Shown: piece by piece, positions 27,382 to 37,738 of the stretch
Position numbering within the stretch: the stretch's first letter is position 1
Layout of the letters: each line of letters begins with the position of its first letter
From: a virus
Taxonomy: Duplodnaviria > Caudoviricetes
Direction: 5' to 3' (one strand)
IMG/VR virus record: IMGVR_UViG_3300032295_002704
Coordinates: 1 to 62,894 of that record
Length of the DNA: 62,894 nucleotides
Notes under the pieces: model-generated
What the model was told of the DNA's origin: nothing
Databases searched by the model: none
What the model saw: the letters and a program-made list of their open reading frames with translations, nothing else
Position numbers and translations under genes: made by a program

Positions 27382-30008
27382 GCGTTTCTCGTATTATTAA
27401 AACCTATGATTGCATTCTTAGCCGAAGTATCCGCCACATCGTTTTTGTTTTTGGATTTCTTGGCTGCTTTGTCGGCAAATAAGGCAATTTTTTCCTTGTT
27501 TTCTTTTTCTCTTTGTTCCTTTATAAACTTCTTAATTTCTTTGGTTAAATCGCTGGCACCCTTTTCATCAAAGTTATTGAATGTCCCAGTAAAACCCTGC
27601 TTATTCTGTAGTAACTTCGTAAGTTTAATACCCGGTAGATTGTATGTTTTGACAGTATAGTTTGTGGCAACGCCGTCAATTCCAATGTCTAAAGACATGT
27701 TGGTAATTATATTGTTGAAACCAATGGGTTGACCCAAATTAAACTCAGGATAACCTGCTACTCGAACTTGTCCATATTCAGCATACGTAGACACGTTGTT
27801 GGTACGGCCAATGATACCAGAAGCAGCATTTCTCATATTGTTAATACCACCGTAGGTAGACGGACTTAAGGTACTATCTTCGATAATACTGATTGGTGTT
27901 TGTACCGTGCCGGTAGCAATAAATCCTACGTGATTAAGCAGTGTGCTTTGAACAGGAATTGCAAATCCATGCACGCCAGCACTCTGAGGAACAAAACAAC
28001 CTAAACGACGAGGGGCTAATCCATATGGGTTAGAATCACCTTCTAAAGACATTAAATCATAAGCAGCAATCTGATCCTGAGTGATACCTTTAAAACGCAT
28101 AAAATCGTACCACGGACCCATGTAAGGATTCGTAAAACTACCACTAAACATAAATCCAGCAAAGTTACCGTTGATGTAACCGGCCTGATTGGGGAGTGGT
28201 TTTGCTTGCAATTGCGTTGAAAGTGTTACGATTGCTTTAGAAGGAACCTTGTCGTAAACCTTAACTGAAACTGGAATTACCAGTCGGTTTTGATCAATCA
28301 AAAAACTAGACCTGTCAAGGGCAGCGACATCAACCGAGAAAGGCCACTGAGCATCAACCAACTCTTTGTAATTTGGTATGCCCAAAAATGCCGTTACATT
28401 ACCATCATCATCTTTAAAGTTTTGTCTAGAAGTTGCTTGTAAAGCAGGGAAATTGATAGTTGAACCAGATGGCGGAGAAGTATTTGGCTCGCTCCAAGCA
28501 TACTGGACTGGCGTAAATTCTAATTGAGGAACAACCTCAGTAGAACCATATTGACCTTCGGCAAGCCAATTACTACTGCCAACTCTAATGAGGAATTCTT
28601 TTCCATAGTAATTTTTAGCAACGTTTTCTGTTGCTTCGTGAACAGCCTTTGCCAAGTCTTCAATGTAGTAGTTATCAACAACGCCAAAATCTGCTGCTGG
28701 TCGCCAACCAATGTTCATTTTGCGTAACATCGGAATACTCATGAGATTAGCAGCCTGAGTTATACCGGTATTGTCAAAAGCGGGATCAGCATAAATGCCT
28801 AGTTGAGCAGCGAAAGTCGGGTTGTGTTGATACAATACAGACTTCCACGCTTCATATCCATGTCCAGCAGCCCGAAGAATTTCTTCTGTAGCATAATAAC
28901 CGGGATAATCCACGTTGACGAAAACTCTACTAACTTGTGGAGGATAAGCAGTTACGCCAGTAACCTTTTGCAAATACAACTCTGTTACAGTAATTTCACT
29001 GGCAAATGGGGTGCGACCGCTCACCACGATGTGATCTAAAAGAATTGGAATGTTACCAGTCGCCCCCAAATTGGTGGTAATTGGCGTTTGATTAACAGTG
29101 TAACCCCAAACACATTCAATGTCACTGCTGCTAATATTTGGCCAATAAGTAAGAGCGGGGCCAAACAGTACAGAAGATGTGGGGTCAGTGATGAGTTCTT
29201 GCCCATATCGCCATTCTGTAGTAAGACCACTTCCTACCCAACCACTAATGTAGCCACTTAAGGAATTTGGCCCCTGATTTCGGCGAGGAACATCTACTAT
29301 GTCGATTGTTGAAACGCCCGTTGGGTTATAATTGCCCGAAGTCAATATCGCGTAGTAATCAAAAGCAAAGTCATTACTTACTTGGTCCAAAATCTGAGCG
29401 AAACTCATGTTGGTGGCGGGAAGCCTATACCAAGTGGGGATACCTGTAGCGGGTGCATAACCAGTACTATCTAAAAAACCGCTAGAAAAGCGTAATTTGT
29501 ATTTACGATTATAAGCCTGAATTACCCCCGTTTGCTCAATAAATTGGCGAATCTTGCTAAAAGTCATACCTACGCGATTTTGATCAGCAGCAGCAGGATT
29601 CGCGTAATAATCATAAATATTGAAATAATTGGCTGGCTTGGCTACCCCTGTTGGCAGTCCTTGACCATTTAACGCTATGTAGGTACCATTAAAAAGTATC
29701 CGGGGATCTGTCAAATTCAATGTGATCTTTTTGCCAGCACTAGAAGTACTTTTTTCCCAAGATTGTACCAATCCCACGTAATCAAAAGATCCCACGTTTA
29801 CAGAAACAGGAGTACCGGGTAAAGCCCCCGTCATACGAAATCCGGTGGCTCCCCATGAAATATCTTCTGCTGAAATATTATTAGAATCAGGTTCCACCAA
29901 TGTCAAAGACACTGTGGTAGGACTAGAATTTATACCAAAGTTACAAGCAAAATTCTGAACATAAGTGCCTAAAATGATAATAGGCTGGGTAATATCCTGT
30001 AAAGCCAT
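27378..30008 (-). CDS. Tail-tip/baseplate hub-like protein
   Basis: Second gene after the tape measure; N-terminal hub-like pattern (SLTLVE...GLVQSWE...LTDPR). Confidence 0.55.
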   Translation of the reverse strand: MALQDITQPIIILGTYVQNFACNFGINSSPTTVSLTLVEPDSNNISAEDISWGATGFRMTGALPGTPVSVNVGSFDYVGLVQSWEKSTSSAGKKITLNLTDPRILFNGTYIALNGQGLPTGVAKPANYFNIYDYYANPAAADQNRVGMTFSKIRQFIEQTGVIQAYNRKYKLRFSSGFLDSTGYAPATGIPTWYRLPATNMSFAQILDQVSNDFAFDYYAILTSGNYNPTGVSTIDIVDVPRRNQGPNSLSGYISGWVGSGLTTEWRYGQELITDPTSSVLFGPALTYWPNISSSDIECVWGYTVNQTPITTNLGATGNIPILLDHIVVSGRTPFASEITVTELYLQKVTGVTAYPPQVSRVFVNVDYPGYYATEEILRAAGHGYEAWKSVLYQHNPTFAAQLGIYADPAFDNTGITQAANLMSIPMLRKMNIGWRPAADFGVVDNYYIEDLAKAVHEATENVAKNYYGKEFLIRVGSSNWLAEGQYGSTEVVPQLEFTPVQYAWSEPNTSPPSGSTINFPALQATSRQNFKDDDGNVTAFLGIPNYKELVDAQWPFSVDVAALDRSSFLIDQNRLVIPVSVKVYDKVPSKAIVTLSTQLQAKPLPNQAGYINGNFAGFMFSGSFTNPYMGPWYDFMRFKGITQDQIAAYDLMSLEGDSNPYGLAPRRLGCFVPQSAGVHGFAIPVQSTLLNHVGFIATGTVQTPISIIEDSTLSPSTYGGINNMRNAASGIIGRTNNVSTYAEYGQVRVAGYPEFNLGQPIGFNNIITNMSLDIGIDGVATNYTVKTYNLPGIKLTKLLQNKQGFTGTFNNFDEKGASDLTKEIKKFIKEQREKENKEKIALFADKAAKKSKNKNDVADTSAKNAIIGFNNTRNA

Positions 30009-30017
30009 CCTGCATCC

Positions 30018-32117
30018 TTATCTTGCGGTTATATCATACTGGGCAGTATAAGTACCGTTTTTAACATCCCATGATTCACTTTGGTTAGTAATGAACCAGT
30101 TAGTGTTTAATACACCTAAGTCACTTGTGTTAGAAGAAAGGTAACCACTGGCTACATCGCGGGGAGTCGTAATATCAGAATATGCCCAATATGCACGAGA
30201 ACCCTTTGGTGCCATTTTCAAATTAACAGAGATATTACGCGTATACGCCGTGGTAGTACCAATGTCTTGAATTATAGGGCCGGTGATTCTCCCCGGAATA
30301 GGTTGCTGAGCAACCACTCTGCTTTTTGGAGCATTCTGTACAACAACATCTGCTGTGGCAATATCGGTACTGGCCGGTGCTAAAGAGTTGTTATAGGCAA
30401 CACTATAGTTGACTATACCTGCCAATTGGTTATACGAGACAGATTTGCTGACTGGTCTGTTCACTAACGAAGGACTATCATCAAAACTGTATTCAAATAG
30501 ATTGTTGGCTCTGGTATACAACAAACCCCTTACGGTTGTCCAAGCAGCCTGTGCGTTCGCATACTTTTCCAGAGGAAAATCTGAGGTTGAAATACCACGA
30601 ATTGTTCCATTAATGGTAGCAGTACCAAGTAAACCACCGTCGTCTGCACCGATAGAATCGTTGGTTTGACAATCAATTGAGAAAGTTTCCTCATAAGTAG
30701 AACTGGTAGAACCACTTGGATCTTTATAAGGGAAGTTAGCAGAATAAACAATAGAGCCATTGGCTTTATTGAATCCTACAGAACGACTAGAGGGTCTATC
30801 GCTAAATCGCGAGGCGGTAATTCCTGTGGGGAATACGACTCCGTTTGGATAGGCGAATGCCAGCGTTTTAAGGTTAGGCTCTACTAAAGCCCATCCGCTT
30901 ATTACGTTTGACATTCTGTTCTGGTTAGTTTGATAATAACCATCGCGAGTGATACCCTGAATCGTTCCGTTGATGGTAACGCTTGGGGGTGAACTTCCGT
31001 CACTATTGTAACTTACATCGTAAGTATGGGTATAGGTACTGCCAGAATTATTGATAAACGTTACAGAATATTCAAGCGATCCATTTTGCCAATTTTCGCT
31101 TAAATTGTAATTAGTACCAGTACCAAAGGCACCCACTTGGCTGATCATCAAATTGGGATACAAAGTATTCCAATAAGTGTAGGCATTGGCAAGGCGACCG
31201 GAAATTGACCCGGTTCCTAAGCCAGCGATGTTGCCGTTTACCTGAATCGTTTCTATTTGTGTGGGAGCGTTGTCATCATTTAAGCGGAACTGAAACTGTC
31301 TAGAAACTGTTCTGGTTTCGTTATAAGTTACTCCACTCGGCGTAGCCGTTTGAGTTAGCTGTAATGAATACGTTCCAGCAGTTTTATCAATATTTTCCTG
31401 CTGAATAGTATTGTAAAAGCCAGTGACAGGATGCAATCCGGTAATTGGAAAAACACTTTGTTCAACACCGACTCCGCTAACACGACCAAGTACCCAGTTT
31501 CGGGCATTTACCCATGCTTCGGCAATTAAACCGCTAACACCGTAACTTGCTGTTGCAGTTGCAGAAACGGTACGAGAAATGTTATATTGTGGTGTGGCAC
31601 CATCTTGCTGGGCAATCTGCCAAGTGTCACCGGCTGCTGTTAAATAATAACCACTGGTGGAATATGCAAAGGCATTTTCATAACCAGTAATTCCGGCTTT
31701 ATCAACAACTTCGCCAACAAGTTCTACCTGATAATCGGTTCTTTGAACCCAAACTCCGGGATCAAAATTTATGTTCCGTAATTTCCCATAGAAAACTACT
31801 TGCGGATCACCTGACGGAGCATAGGCAATTTTGACAGATTCCCCTTGCGAAAGCAAGTGACGGAGCAATTCCTGCTTAATAAGCAGACTGTTGTGGCGGT
31901 CATTATCATCTGACATGACCTCTGTACCGTTAAAATCTAATTCACTTGCCCACCATCCCGTGGTGAATGGAGAGCCTTTGTCTGGTAACAGAGTACCTCT
32001 CAATGAGAGGGTGTGACTGGTACCAATTGCTTTTCCATCGCCAGCAGTTAATAACTGCTTGCTATGAGTAACAAGTGGTGCGGGAATAATTCTTTTATCG
32101 TTAATCCAAAATGACAT
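30018..32117 (-). CDS. Distal tail-like protein with repeated beta modules
   Basis: First gene after the tape measure; repeated (V/I)TINGTI.G...A...W...L...G..YS units. Confidence 0.55.
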   Translation of the reverse strand: MSFWINDKRIIPAPLVTHSKQLLTAGDGKAIGTSHTLSLRGTLLPDKGSPFTTGWWASELDFNGTEVMSDDNDRHNSLLIKQELLRHLLSQGESVKIAYAPSGDPQVVFYGKLRNINFDPGVWVQRTDYQVELVGEVVDKAGITGYENAFAYSTSGYYLTAAGDTWQIAQQDGATPQYNISRTVSATATASYGVSGLIAEAWVNARNWVLGRVSGVGVEQSVFPITGLHPVTGFYNTIQQENIDKTAGTYSLQLTQTATPSGVTYNETRTVSRQFQFRLNDDNAPTQIETIQVNGNIAGLGTGSISGRLANAYTYWNTLYPNLMISQVGAFGTGTNYNLSENWQNGSLEYSVTFINNSGSTYTHTYDVSYNSDGSSPPSVTINGTIQGITRDGYYQTNQNRMSNVISGWALVEPNLKTLAFAYPNGVVFPTGITASRFSDRPSSRSVGFNKANGSIVYSANFPYKDPSGSTSSTYEETFSIDCQTNDSIGADDGGLLGTATINGTIRGISTSDFPLEKYANAQAAWTTVRGLLYTRANNLFEYSFDDSPSLVNRPVSKSVSYNQLAGIVNYSVAYNNSLAPASTDIATADVVVQNAPKSRVVAQQPIPGRITGPIIQDIGTTTAYTRNISVNLKMAPKGSRAYWAYSDITTPRDVASGYLSSNTSDLGVLNTNWFITNQSESWDVKNGTYTAQYDITAR

Positions 32118-32129
32118 AATAAGTCCTTA

Positions 32130-35100
32130 TTAAGTTATCCTATTAGCTTGAACATTTAACAACTTGACTTTGGCCAGTTTCTCTGGCTCATCAATATATA
32201 GATCAGTTAGAACCTGACCGACTCTATTTAAAGCGTCAGCCACAGCATTCTGACCAAATTGGCTCAGATTTTGAGTATCGAAAGAGACTTTAATGTCGTC
32301 AACTTGAACCTGTAGGTTGGCGTTCAAAATGTTACCAGTACGCTCAGGATCAATCAAATTACTACTCAAATCTTGAACTTGTCTATCCAAAATTTTAGCA
32401 AGATTATCTAATGCCTTGGTATTAGTTTCCAATGAAGTCGTATTTAATCCCAATGCCTTAGCAGTATCCGTGTTAGCAGTCAATAACTGGTTCTGCAACT
32501 CACGCTGCTCTCTTAAGAAAGCATCTTCCTGTTCTCTAGCAATTCTTAAATCTTCTTTTTGACCTTGTATAAGCTCTTCAATTTCAGATCTTCCAGAACT
32601 ACCGCGACCAGAAGCAGTTCCAAAGAAACGTAAACCGATTTCTTCTAAAAGGATATCAATGGCGTTTTGTCCCGTCACGACTCCCTGACTGTCTCTGGCC
32701 AATGGTAAATTGGGCACATTACCCAAAGCATCAATTAATTTTTGTGCCTCTTCTCTGCTTCCCAATCGACCGACAGAATCACGGATGTTTTCATCTAAAG
32801 AACCGCTACCACGAGTAATAAAACGTCTGAATCCTTCTACAAGATTGCCTTGGTTGCGTAATTCGGCTGGATCCGAACTCAACACGGTTTGACCTAAAGA
32901 ACGTAGTCCACTCTTAGTTTCATTTAAAGCGTCTTGGAAAGATGAGACAGCCTTACGTGCTAAATCTAAACCTTTGGCAAGATTATCTTGTTTTTCGTTC
33001 ACTTCACGCAAAGCAGTGTTGTATTTAATCAAATTGTCTGTTACAACTGCCTGCTGTTGTGCTCTTTCACGAGGAGAAGCATTATCTCTTTCGAGTTGAA
33101 TTGATCGTTGCTGAGACTCAATAAGATTTCGATTGGCATTAACCAGTGTACCACCAACTCTTTGAGCGGTGTTCAAAGGTTGACCGGCAAAAAAGCGGTC
33201 ACCAGCAGCACGATTAAACAGGGCACCAGTACGCTCAAAAGTAGATCTGTTTTCTGCTCTAGAAATCTCGGTTTCGCCTGACTGCAACGAAAGATCAAGT
33301 AGAGTTGATTCGATCTGAACTCTTTGTGAGTAAACCTCTTGAAGTTTAGCGTTATTCTCTAAAGTCTTTTGTGTTAAAGCATTGACGTTGTCAACGAATT
33401 TACCAAAAGAATCGCGAAGTGCAGAAGTAAACTTATCTAACTGGAAAGCATTATCAGCAAACTTAGAAGGATCAAAGTCAGCAGATAAAAAAGTCTGTAA
33501 AGCAGACTGTAAATCGCCAGTTGTAGCTTTAATTGTTCCTAAAACATTGACTACAGTAGCACGAACATCATCGTCAAAACCTCCCAATGTGCTGTTTACC
33601 AGATTTTCAATATTTTGGACAACGTCTAACTCCGAAGCAGCACCTTGACTTGGTAATTCAACCTCTTTTAGTGCTTTGATAAGATCGGGAATTTGTTGAC
33701 TTCCCGGTGACGTATCAGAACTGCCAAGCAAGAAATTAGCCTGATCAACGAAGTCATTGCGTCTGTTAACGATATTTGAAAGATTTAAACCAATAGATTC
33801 TCTGAAAGTAGTATCATTTGAAGACAATGACAAATCGCGAACAGATGTAAAATCTGTAACAATTCTATTGATACCTTCTGAAAGTTTTTCGAAACCTTTA
33901 TTGATAATTCCAATATTAACTTCAAAACCGAAAGCAGCACTGCGAAGGTTTTGAAAGACACCTTCTAAAATAGAAGTATCAAAATCCTGCTCACCTTGCT
34001 GATTTTGTCTAATTATATTTGCTTCTGCTCTTCGTTTTGCAATTTCCTTATCCACATCAAAAATCTGAGTTATGAAGTTTTGTGCAAGACCCAAAAGCTC
34101 TTGACCAATCAAGACAGAGTTTTCAGAATTAAAGGCACCATTTAATAATTTAGTGCTTTCTTTCAAGAATCTTTGTTGAAATAACTTAGGATCAGCGATT
34201 TCTTGATCAGAAAAATTAATATCACGGACAGACTGACTTAGTAAATCATTAATAGGATTCTTTTGAGAACGGATGAAATCTAATGCTGTATCCGTAGTAG
34301 AGAATCTCTCATCTTCACCTCGCAGTCCAGCGATAATTTGACTATTGAAAGTATCATTGTTTAATGCGGTTCTATTGATGACTTGTGATCTAAAATCTCT
34401 TGCAAACGCGTTTCTTTCATCAGGATTAAGAATATTCTTTGTTGACAGTATGCCATCTAGTCGATCAGTGTTGGCTCTTAACGCTTCGACATTATTATCG
34501 ACTACGCCTTTAATTGCACCAATAACCGTACCGCCGACTCCACCAACAATACCGCCTACGACGGTGCCAACTACGGGAATAACAGAACCAATCAATGCCC
34601 CGGCTGTTACACCCGTAAGCCCACCAGATAACGCCCCGTTTAAACCAGCCGTAGTGGAAGTTTGTCTACTAGACCCAGAAGATATTGCTGAGGCTGCCAA
34701 AAGACCAACACCGGCCACTGCCCCCGCCCCCACACCAATTCGACGAATGGTGCGACTGTTACGTAAATCAGAGAAAGTTCCAATATTATCTCTTGAAAAG
34801 AAAGGAGAGCCAAGTCTAGATACAGACTGTCCACGAGAGGCAACAGCACCGCCCACAGCACCAATAGATCCGGTTAATGACTGTATGCCACCAACTAAAC
34901 CACTTTGTAAACCACGAGCAAAATCCAAACCCTTCAAAGCAACTGCCACTGCTGCAATAGCAGAAGCCAATTTTACTAGGAAATTGATTATTTCTCTATT
35001 AGCGTTTAAAAATGCCGTGAGTTCCACGACCCCGTCAGCAAACGCTTTAAAGAATGATCTTACAGACTTATCTTGTAACAAAATGTTGATAAGACTTTGG

Positions 35101-37658
35101 AAAGACTGACCAATTCTACCAAATGATCTATTGACATCTTCTTCAACGATTTTTATATCTCTGCCAATTGAGCCAGTAGAGTCGCCAATAACGTCTTGCA
35201 CCGTTCGTTCACGACCTGACTCTTTACCCAATTCACGTAACAACGCTTCACCACGACCAGCTTGCTGGGCACCAAACAAAGCAATGGTTGTGCGAATACG
35301 TTCTGTATCAGACAGTGATTGGAACTGTTGATTCTCTGCCAAATCACGTAATTGATCGATAACGCTTCGGTTTTGACCGGGAGCAGCTACTCCGAATTCA
35401 CTGAAAATCTGCTGTTGGGCACTCTTAGACAAACGACCCAAACCGGTTTTGAAGAACACACCTAATGTTGGGGCAGTTTCACGAGTAGCAGAACGAATCA
35501 AAGTCAGATACTCAATGAATTCTTCAAAAGTGCCACCCAAACCGGCGAACGTTGCACCACCGCGTTTGACAGCTTCAAAGAAGTTACCTGATTCGACGGC
35601 GTATTCTACTGAGACTTGGTTAATCTTGTCTAGCAAACTTCCAGTATCAGATAACTGCAAGTTAAACTGACCTTGAACGGCGATCAAACCTTCGGCAGTT
35701 GATTTAATGTCATCAAATGATGCAGACAACTGAGTATTGGCCAACTGATCTGCAATAAATTGCAAAGCACCTAGCTGTTCGTTACCAGCCTGTGCAATTT
35801 CTACAACGCCTTGAGCGATTTCATTACTGGCAACACCGGTTCGACGGCCAGCCTCAAGAATGGTATCACTCACCGCTAAACCACGAGAACGAGCCTGTTC
35901 TAGGCTATCGTTGAAAACTCGAATGGTTTGGCTAAGACGACCAATTAGACGTTCAAATACAAGAGCTTCTTGGTTTGCGGTAGCAAACGCACTTGTCAGC
36001 CTAGTAATAGCAAACGTACCGAGTAGGAACGCTCCGTAACGCTTGGCTGCCAAGCCTGTTAATTCACCAAATCTCTGGACTAATCCATTAAACTTACCTT
36101 GCTGAGCAACAATGCTACGCAAACGTGTAACGGTTCTGCGAGCAGCATCGTCATCGCCATAGAAATCCTCAGAACCTCCGGTTCCGGGGGGTCTTGGGGG
36201 GCCTCCCCCCGGTGGAGTTCTCGATACAAGGGTTCTTGGGTCAGCATTAGCAAAATTACTTAAAGCAACGAGTTCTTGAGATGGTCTTTCTCTTAAACGA
36301 CTGCCTACAGCAGCAATGGTTTCCTTTGCAAGGGCTTGTCGTTTAATGATGCTTCGCAGTTGCTTTTCATAAATTTCGTTATTACGTTCCTCTAAAACAT
36401 TAAGTCTGCGAGCTGCATCTTCAGATTCTTGTTGAACGGTTTTACGAGCCTCAGCATTTTGCTTCGCTCTAGCCAAAATGTCGAGTAATTCGCGACCTTC
36501 GGTAACTTCTTTGCTAAAACTTGCACCGCTGGTAGTCACACCCGCAATAACTGTTGCATTAGCATCCTTCGCTTTAATGCGATTGATTTCTTGCACTCGC
36601 GTGGTAATGTCAGCAAAGCGACGGTTAATAACATCAAAATCTTCTTTAGAAATGATGCCAGAACGAACTAAAGAACGGGCATCTTTCTTGGCTTCTTGGA
36701 AAATAGAGCGTGCTTCGTTACCACTTGTTAGTGCGACGTTACGGACACCCTCAAGTTGTCTGGCAGCAGCTTCACGCTCTTCACGGTCACGCAGAGAAAT
36801 ACGCTCTTTTATATCATCTTTAAGAGTTCTTGCTCTTTGTTCGTTTTCCTCTTGAGACTTTTTAATATCAAGTTGAGCAGCACTACCGGCCTGCCCTTGA
36901 CGTAAAGTTTCTCTAGCAGCAAAAGCCTTATCTAAATCAGACAACGCCTTACGAACCTGATCTTCGATGAAATTAGTACTTTTGACATAATCATCGGCAG
37001 CCTTTTGCTCTGCTTGAACCTGAGCGTTAAGACGAGAAACAATATCACTTCGCAAATTAGAGACTCTTGGATTGTCAGAAGATCTCTCTCTAAATAAATC
37101 CGAAGATACAGAATCTCCAACAGTCTTTTGTCTTAATGCATCTAAAGCCCTTTTTTGTTTTTTTGCTTCTGACTCCACTTTTTTAGTCAATCTTTCATAA
37201 TCTAAAGCAGCAGCCGTAACAGTACTGTTTACTAAAGAACGAAATGCTTTTGCCGTGTCGGAACTGTCTAGAGGATCCGGCAAAACACGATTATTCAAAA
37301 TTTTGTTAAAAGCATTGGCACTAATTTTGCCGGTTTGAAGTCTATCTATTGCTTTTTGCAACGTAACTAAACGCGTGACAGCTACTTTGCCACCCTCTGT
37401 TAAGGTGTCAAAATACGCTTTAACATTCCGATCCTTAAAAGTAAAACCTTTATTGATCAACCTAGCAACAGCAACGATACGACCGGTAAAAGCATCTGCG
37501 GATGCTGTGGCATCTTTAAATTCTTTTGTCAAATTGCCAGTAAAAGAAACGCTCTTGGCAATATCGTTGGATAGTTGTTTACGAATTTGATCAGAAGCGA
37601 GTTTTTGAAACTCAGCGTTTCTGATCTGAATCGTTACTGGAATGTTGATATTAGCCAA
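32130..37658 (-). CDS. Tape measure protein
   Basis: 1842 aa, helical, phage minor-tail core (EIAQG..EIAQAG, LDKINQVS, GVFFKT), Gly-rich hydrophobic segment. Confidence 0.88.
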   Translation of the reverse strand: MANINIPVTIQIRNAEFQKLASDQIRKQLSNDIAKSVSFTGNLTKEFKDATASADAFTGRIVAVARLINKGFTFKDRNVKAYFDTLTEGGKVAVTRLVTLQKAIDRLQTGKISANAFNKILNNRVLPDPLDSSDTAKAFRSLVNSTVTAAALDYERLTKKVESEAKKQKRALDALRQKTVGDSVSSDLFRERSSDNPRVSNLRSDIVSRLNAQVQAEQKAADDYVKSTNFIEDQVRKALSDLDKAFAARETLRQGQAGSAAQLDIKKSQEENEQRARTLKDDIKERISLRDREEREAAARQLEGVRNVALTSGNEARSIFQEAKKDARSLVRSGIISKEDFDVINRRFADITTRVQEINRIKAKDANATVIAGVTTSGASFSKEVTEGRELLDILARAKQNAEARKTVQQESEDAARRLNVLEERNNEIYEKQLRSIIKRQALAKETIAAVGSRLRERPSQELVALSNFANADPRTLVSRTPPGGGPPRPPGTGGSEDFYGDDDAARRTVTRLRSIVAQQGKFNGLVQRFGELTGLAAKRYGAFLLGTFAITRLTSAFATANQEALVFERLIGRLSQTIRVFNDSLEQARSRGLAVSDTILEAGRRTGVASNEIAQGVVEIAQAGNEQLGALQFIADQLANTQLSASFDDIKSTAEGLIAVQGQFNLQLSDTGSLLDKINQVSVEYAVESGNFFEAVKRGGATFAGLGGTFEEFIEYLTLIRSATRETAPTLGVFFKTGLGRLSKSAQQQIFSEFGVAAPGQNRSVIDQLRDLAENQQFQSLSDTERIRTTIALFGAQQAGRGEALLRELGKESGRERTVQDVIGDSTGSIGRDIKIVEEDVNRSFGRIGQSFQSLINILLQDKSVRSFFKAFADGVVELTAFLNANREIINFLVKLASAIAAVAVALKGLDFARGLQSGLVGGIQSLTGSIGAVGGAVASRGQSVSRLGSPFFSRDNIGTFSDLRNSRTIRRIGVGAGAVAGVGLLAASAISSGSSRQTSTTAGLNGALSGGLTGVTAGALIGSVIPVVGTVVGGIVGGVGGTVIGAIKGVVDNNVEALRANTDRLDGILSTKNILNPDERNAFARDFRSQVINRTALNNDTFNSQIIAGLRGEDERFSTTDTALDFIRSQKNPINDLLSQSVRDINFSDQEIADPKLFQQRFLKESTKLLNGAFNSENSVLIGQELLGLAQNFITQIFDVDKEIAKRRAEANIIRQNQQGEQDFDTSILEGVFQNLRSAAFGFEVNIGIINKGFEKLSEGINRIVTDFTSVRDLSLSSNDTTFRESIGLNLSNIVNRRNDFVDQANFLLGSSDTSPGSQQIPDLIKALKEVELPSQGAASELDVVQNIENLVNSTLGGFDDDVRATVVNVLGTIKATTGDLQSALQTFLSADFDPSKFADNAFQLDKFTSALRDSFGKFVDNVNALTQKTLENNAKLQEVYSQRVQIESTLLDLSLQSGETEISRAENRSTFERTGALFNRAAGDRFFAGQPLNTAQRVGGTLVNANRNLIESQQRSIQLERDNASPRERAQQQAVVTDNLIKYNTALREVNEKQDNLAKGLDLARKAVSSFQDALNETKSGLRSLGQTVLSSDPAELRNQGNLVEGFRRFITRGSGSLDENIRDSVGRLGSREEAQKLIDALGNVPNLPLARDSQGVVTGQNAIDILLEEIGLRFFGTASGRGSSGRSEIEELIQGQKEDLRIAREQEDAFLREQRELQNQLLTANTDTAKALGLNTTSLETNTKALDNLAKILDRQVQDLSSNLIDPERTGNILNANLQVQVDDIKVSFDTQNLSQFGQNAVADALNRVGQVLTDLYIDEPEKLAKVKLLNVQANRIT

Positions 37659-37685
37659 ATCTTAATCCTTGTAGCAGTTCCTAAT

Positions 37686-37714
37686 AAAAAAGATGCCATT
37701 TCTGACATCTTTTT
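37686..37714 (-). terminator. Rho-independent terminator upstream of the tape measure gene
   Basis: - strand AAAAAGATGTCA-GAAA-TGGCATCTTTTTT. Confidence 0.75.
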
Positions 37715-37723
37715 AATACACTT
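37714..37723 (-). promoter_or_regulatory. Late promoter motif copy (AAGTGTATTA)
   Basis: Exact motif abutting the terminator. Confidence 0.7.
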
Positions 37724-37738
37724 CCGTAGAAGATATGA

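Noticed and set aside
30108-30116. Intragenic GTGTATTA (and AAGTGTATCA at 55531-55540) as additional promoters
   Set aside because: Inside coding sequence, 55-100 nt from the next start; could be chance
34345-35109. 254-aa + strand ORF and other antisense ORFs over tail, capsid and scaffold genes
   Set aside because: Shadows of biased codon usage on the coding strand; no SD or recognisable motifs
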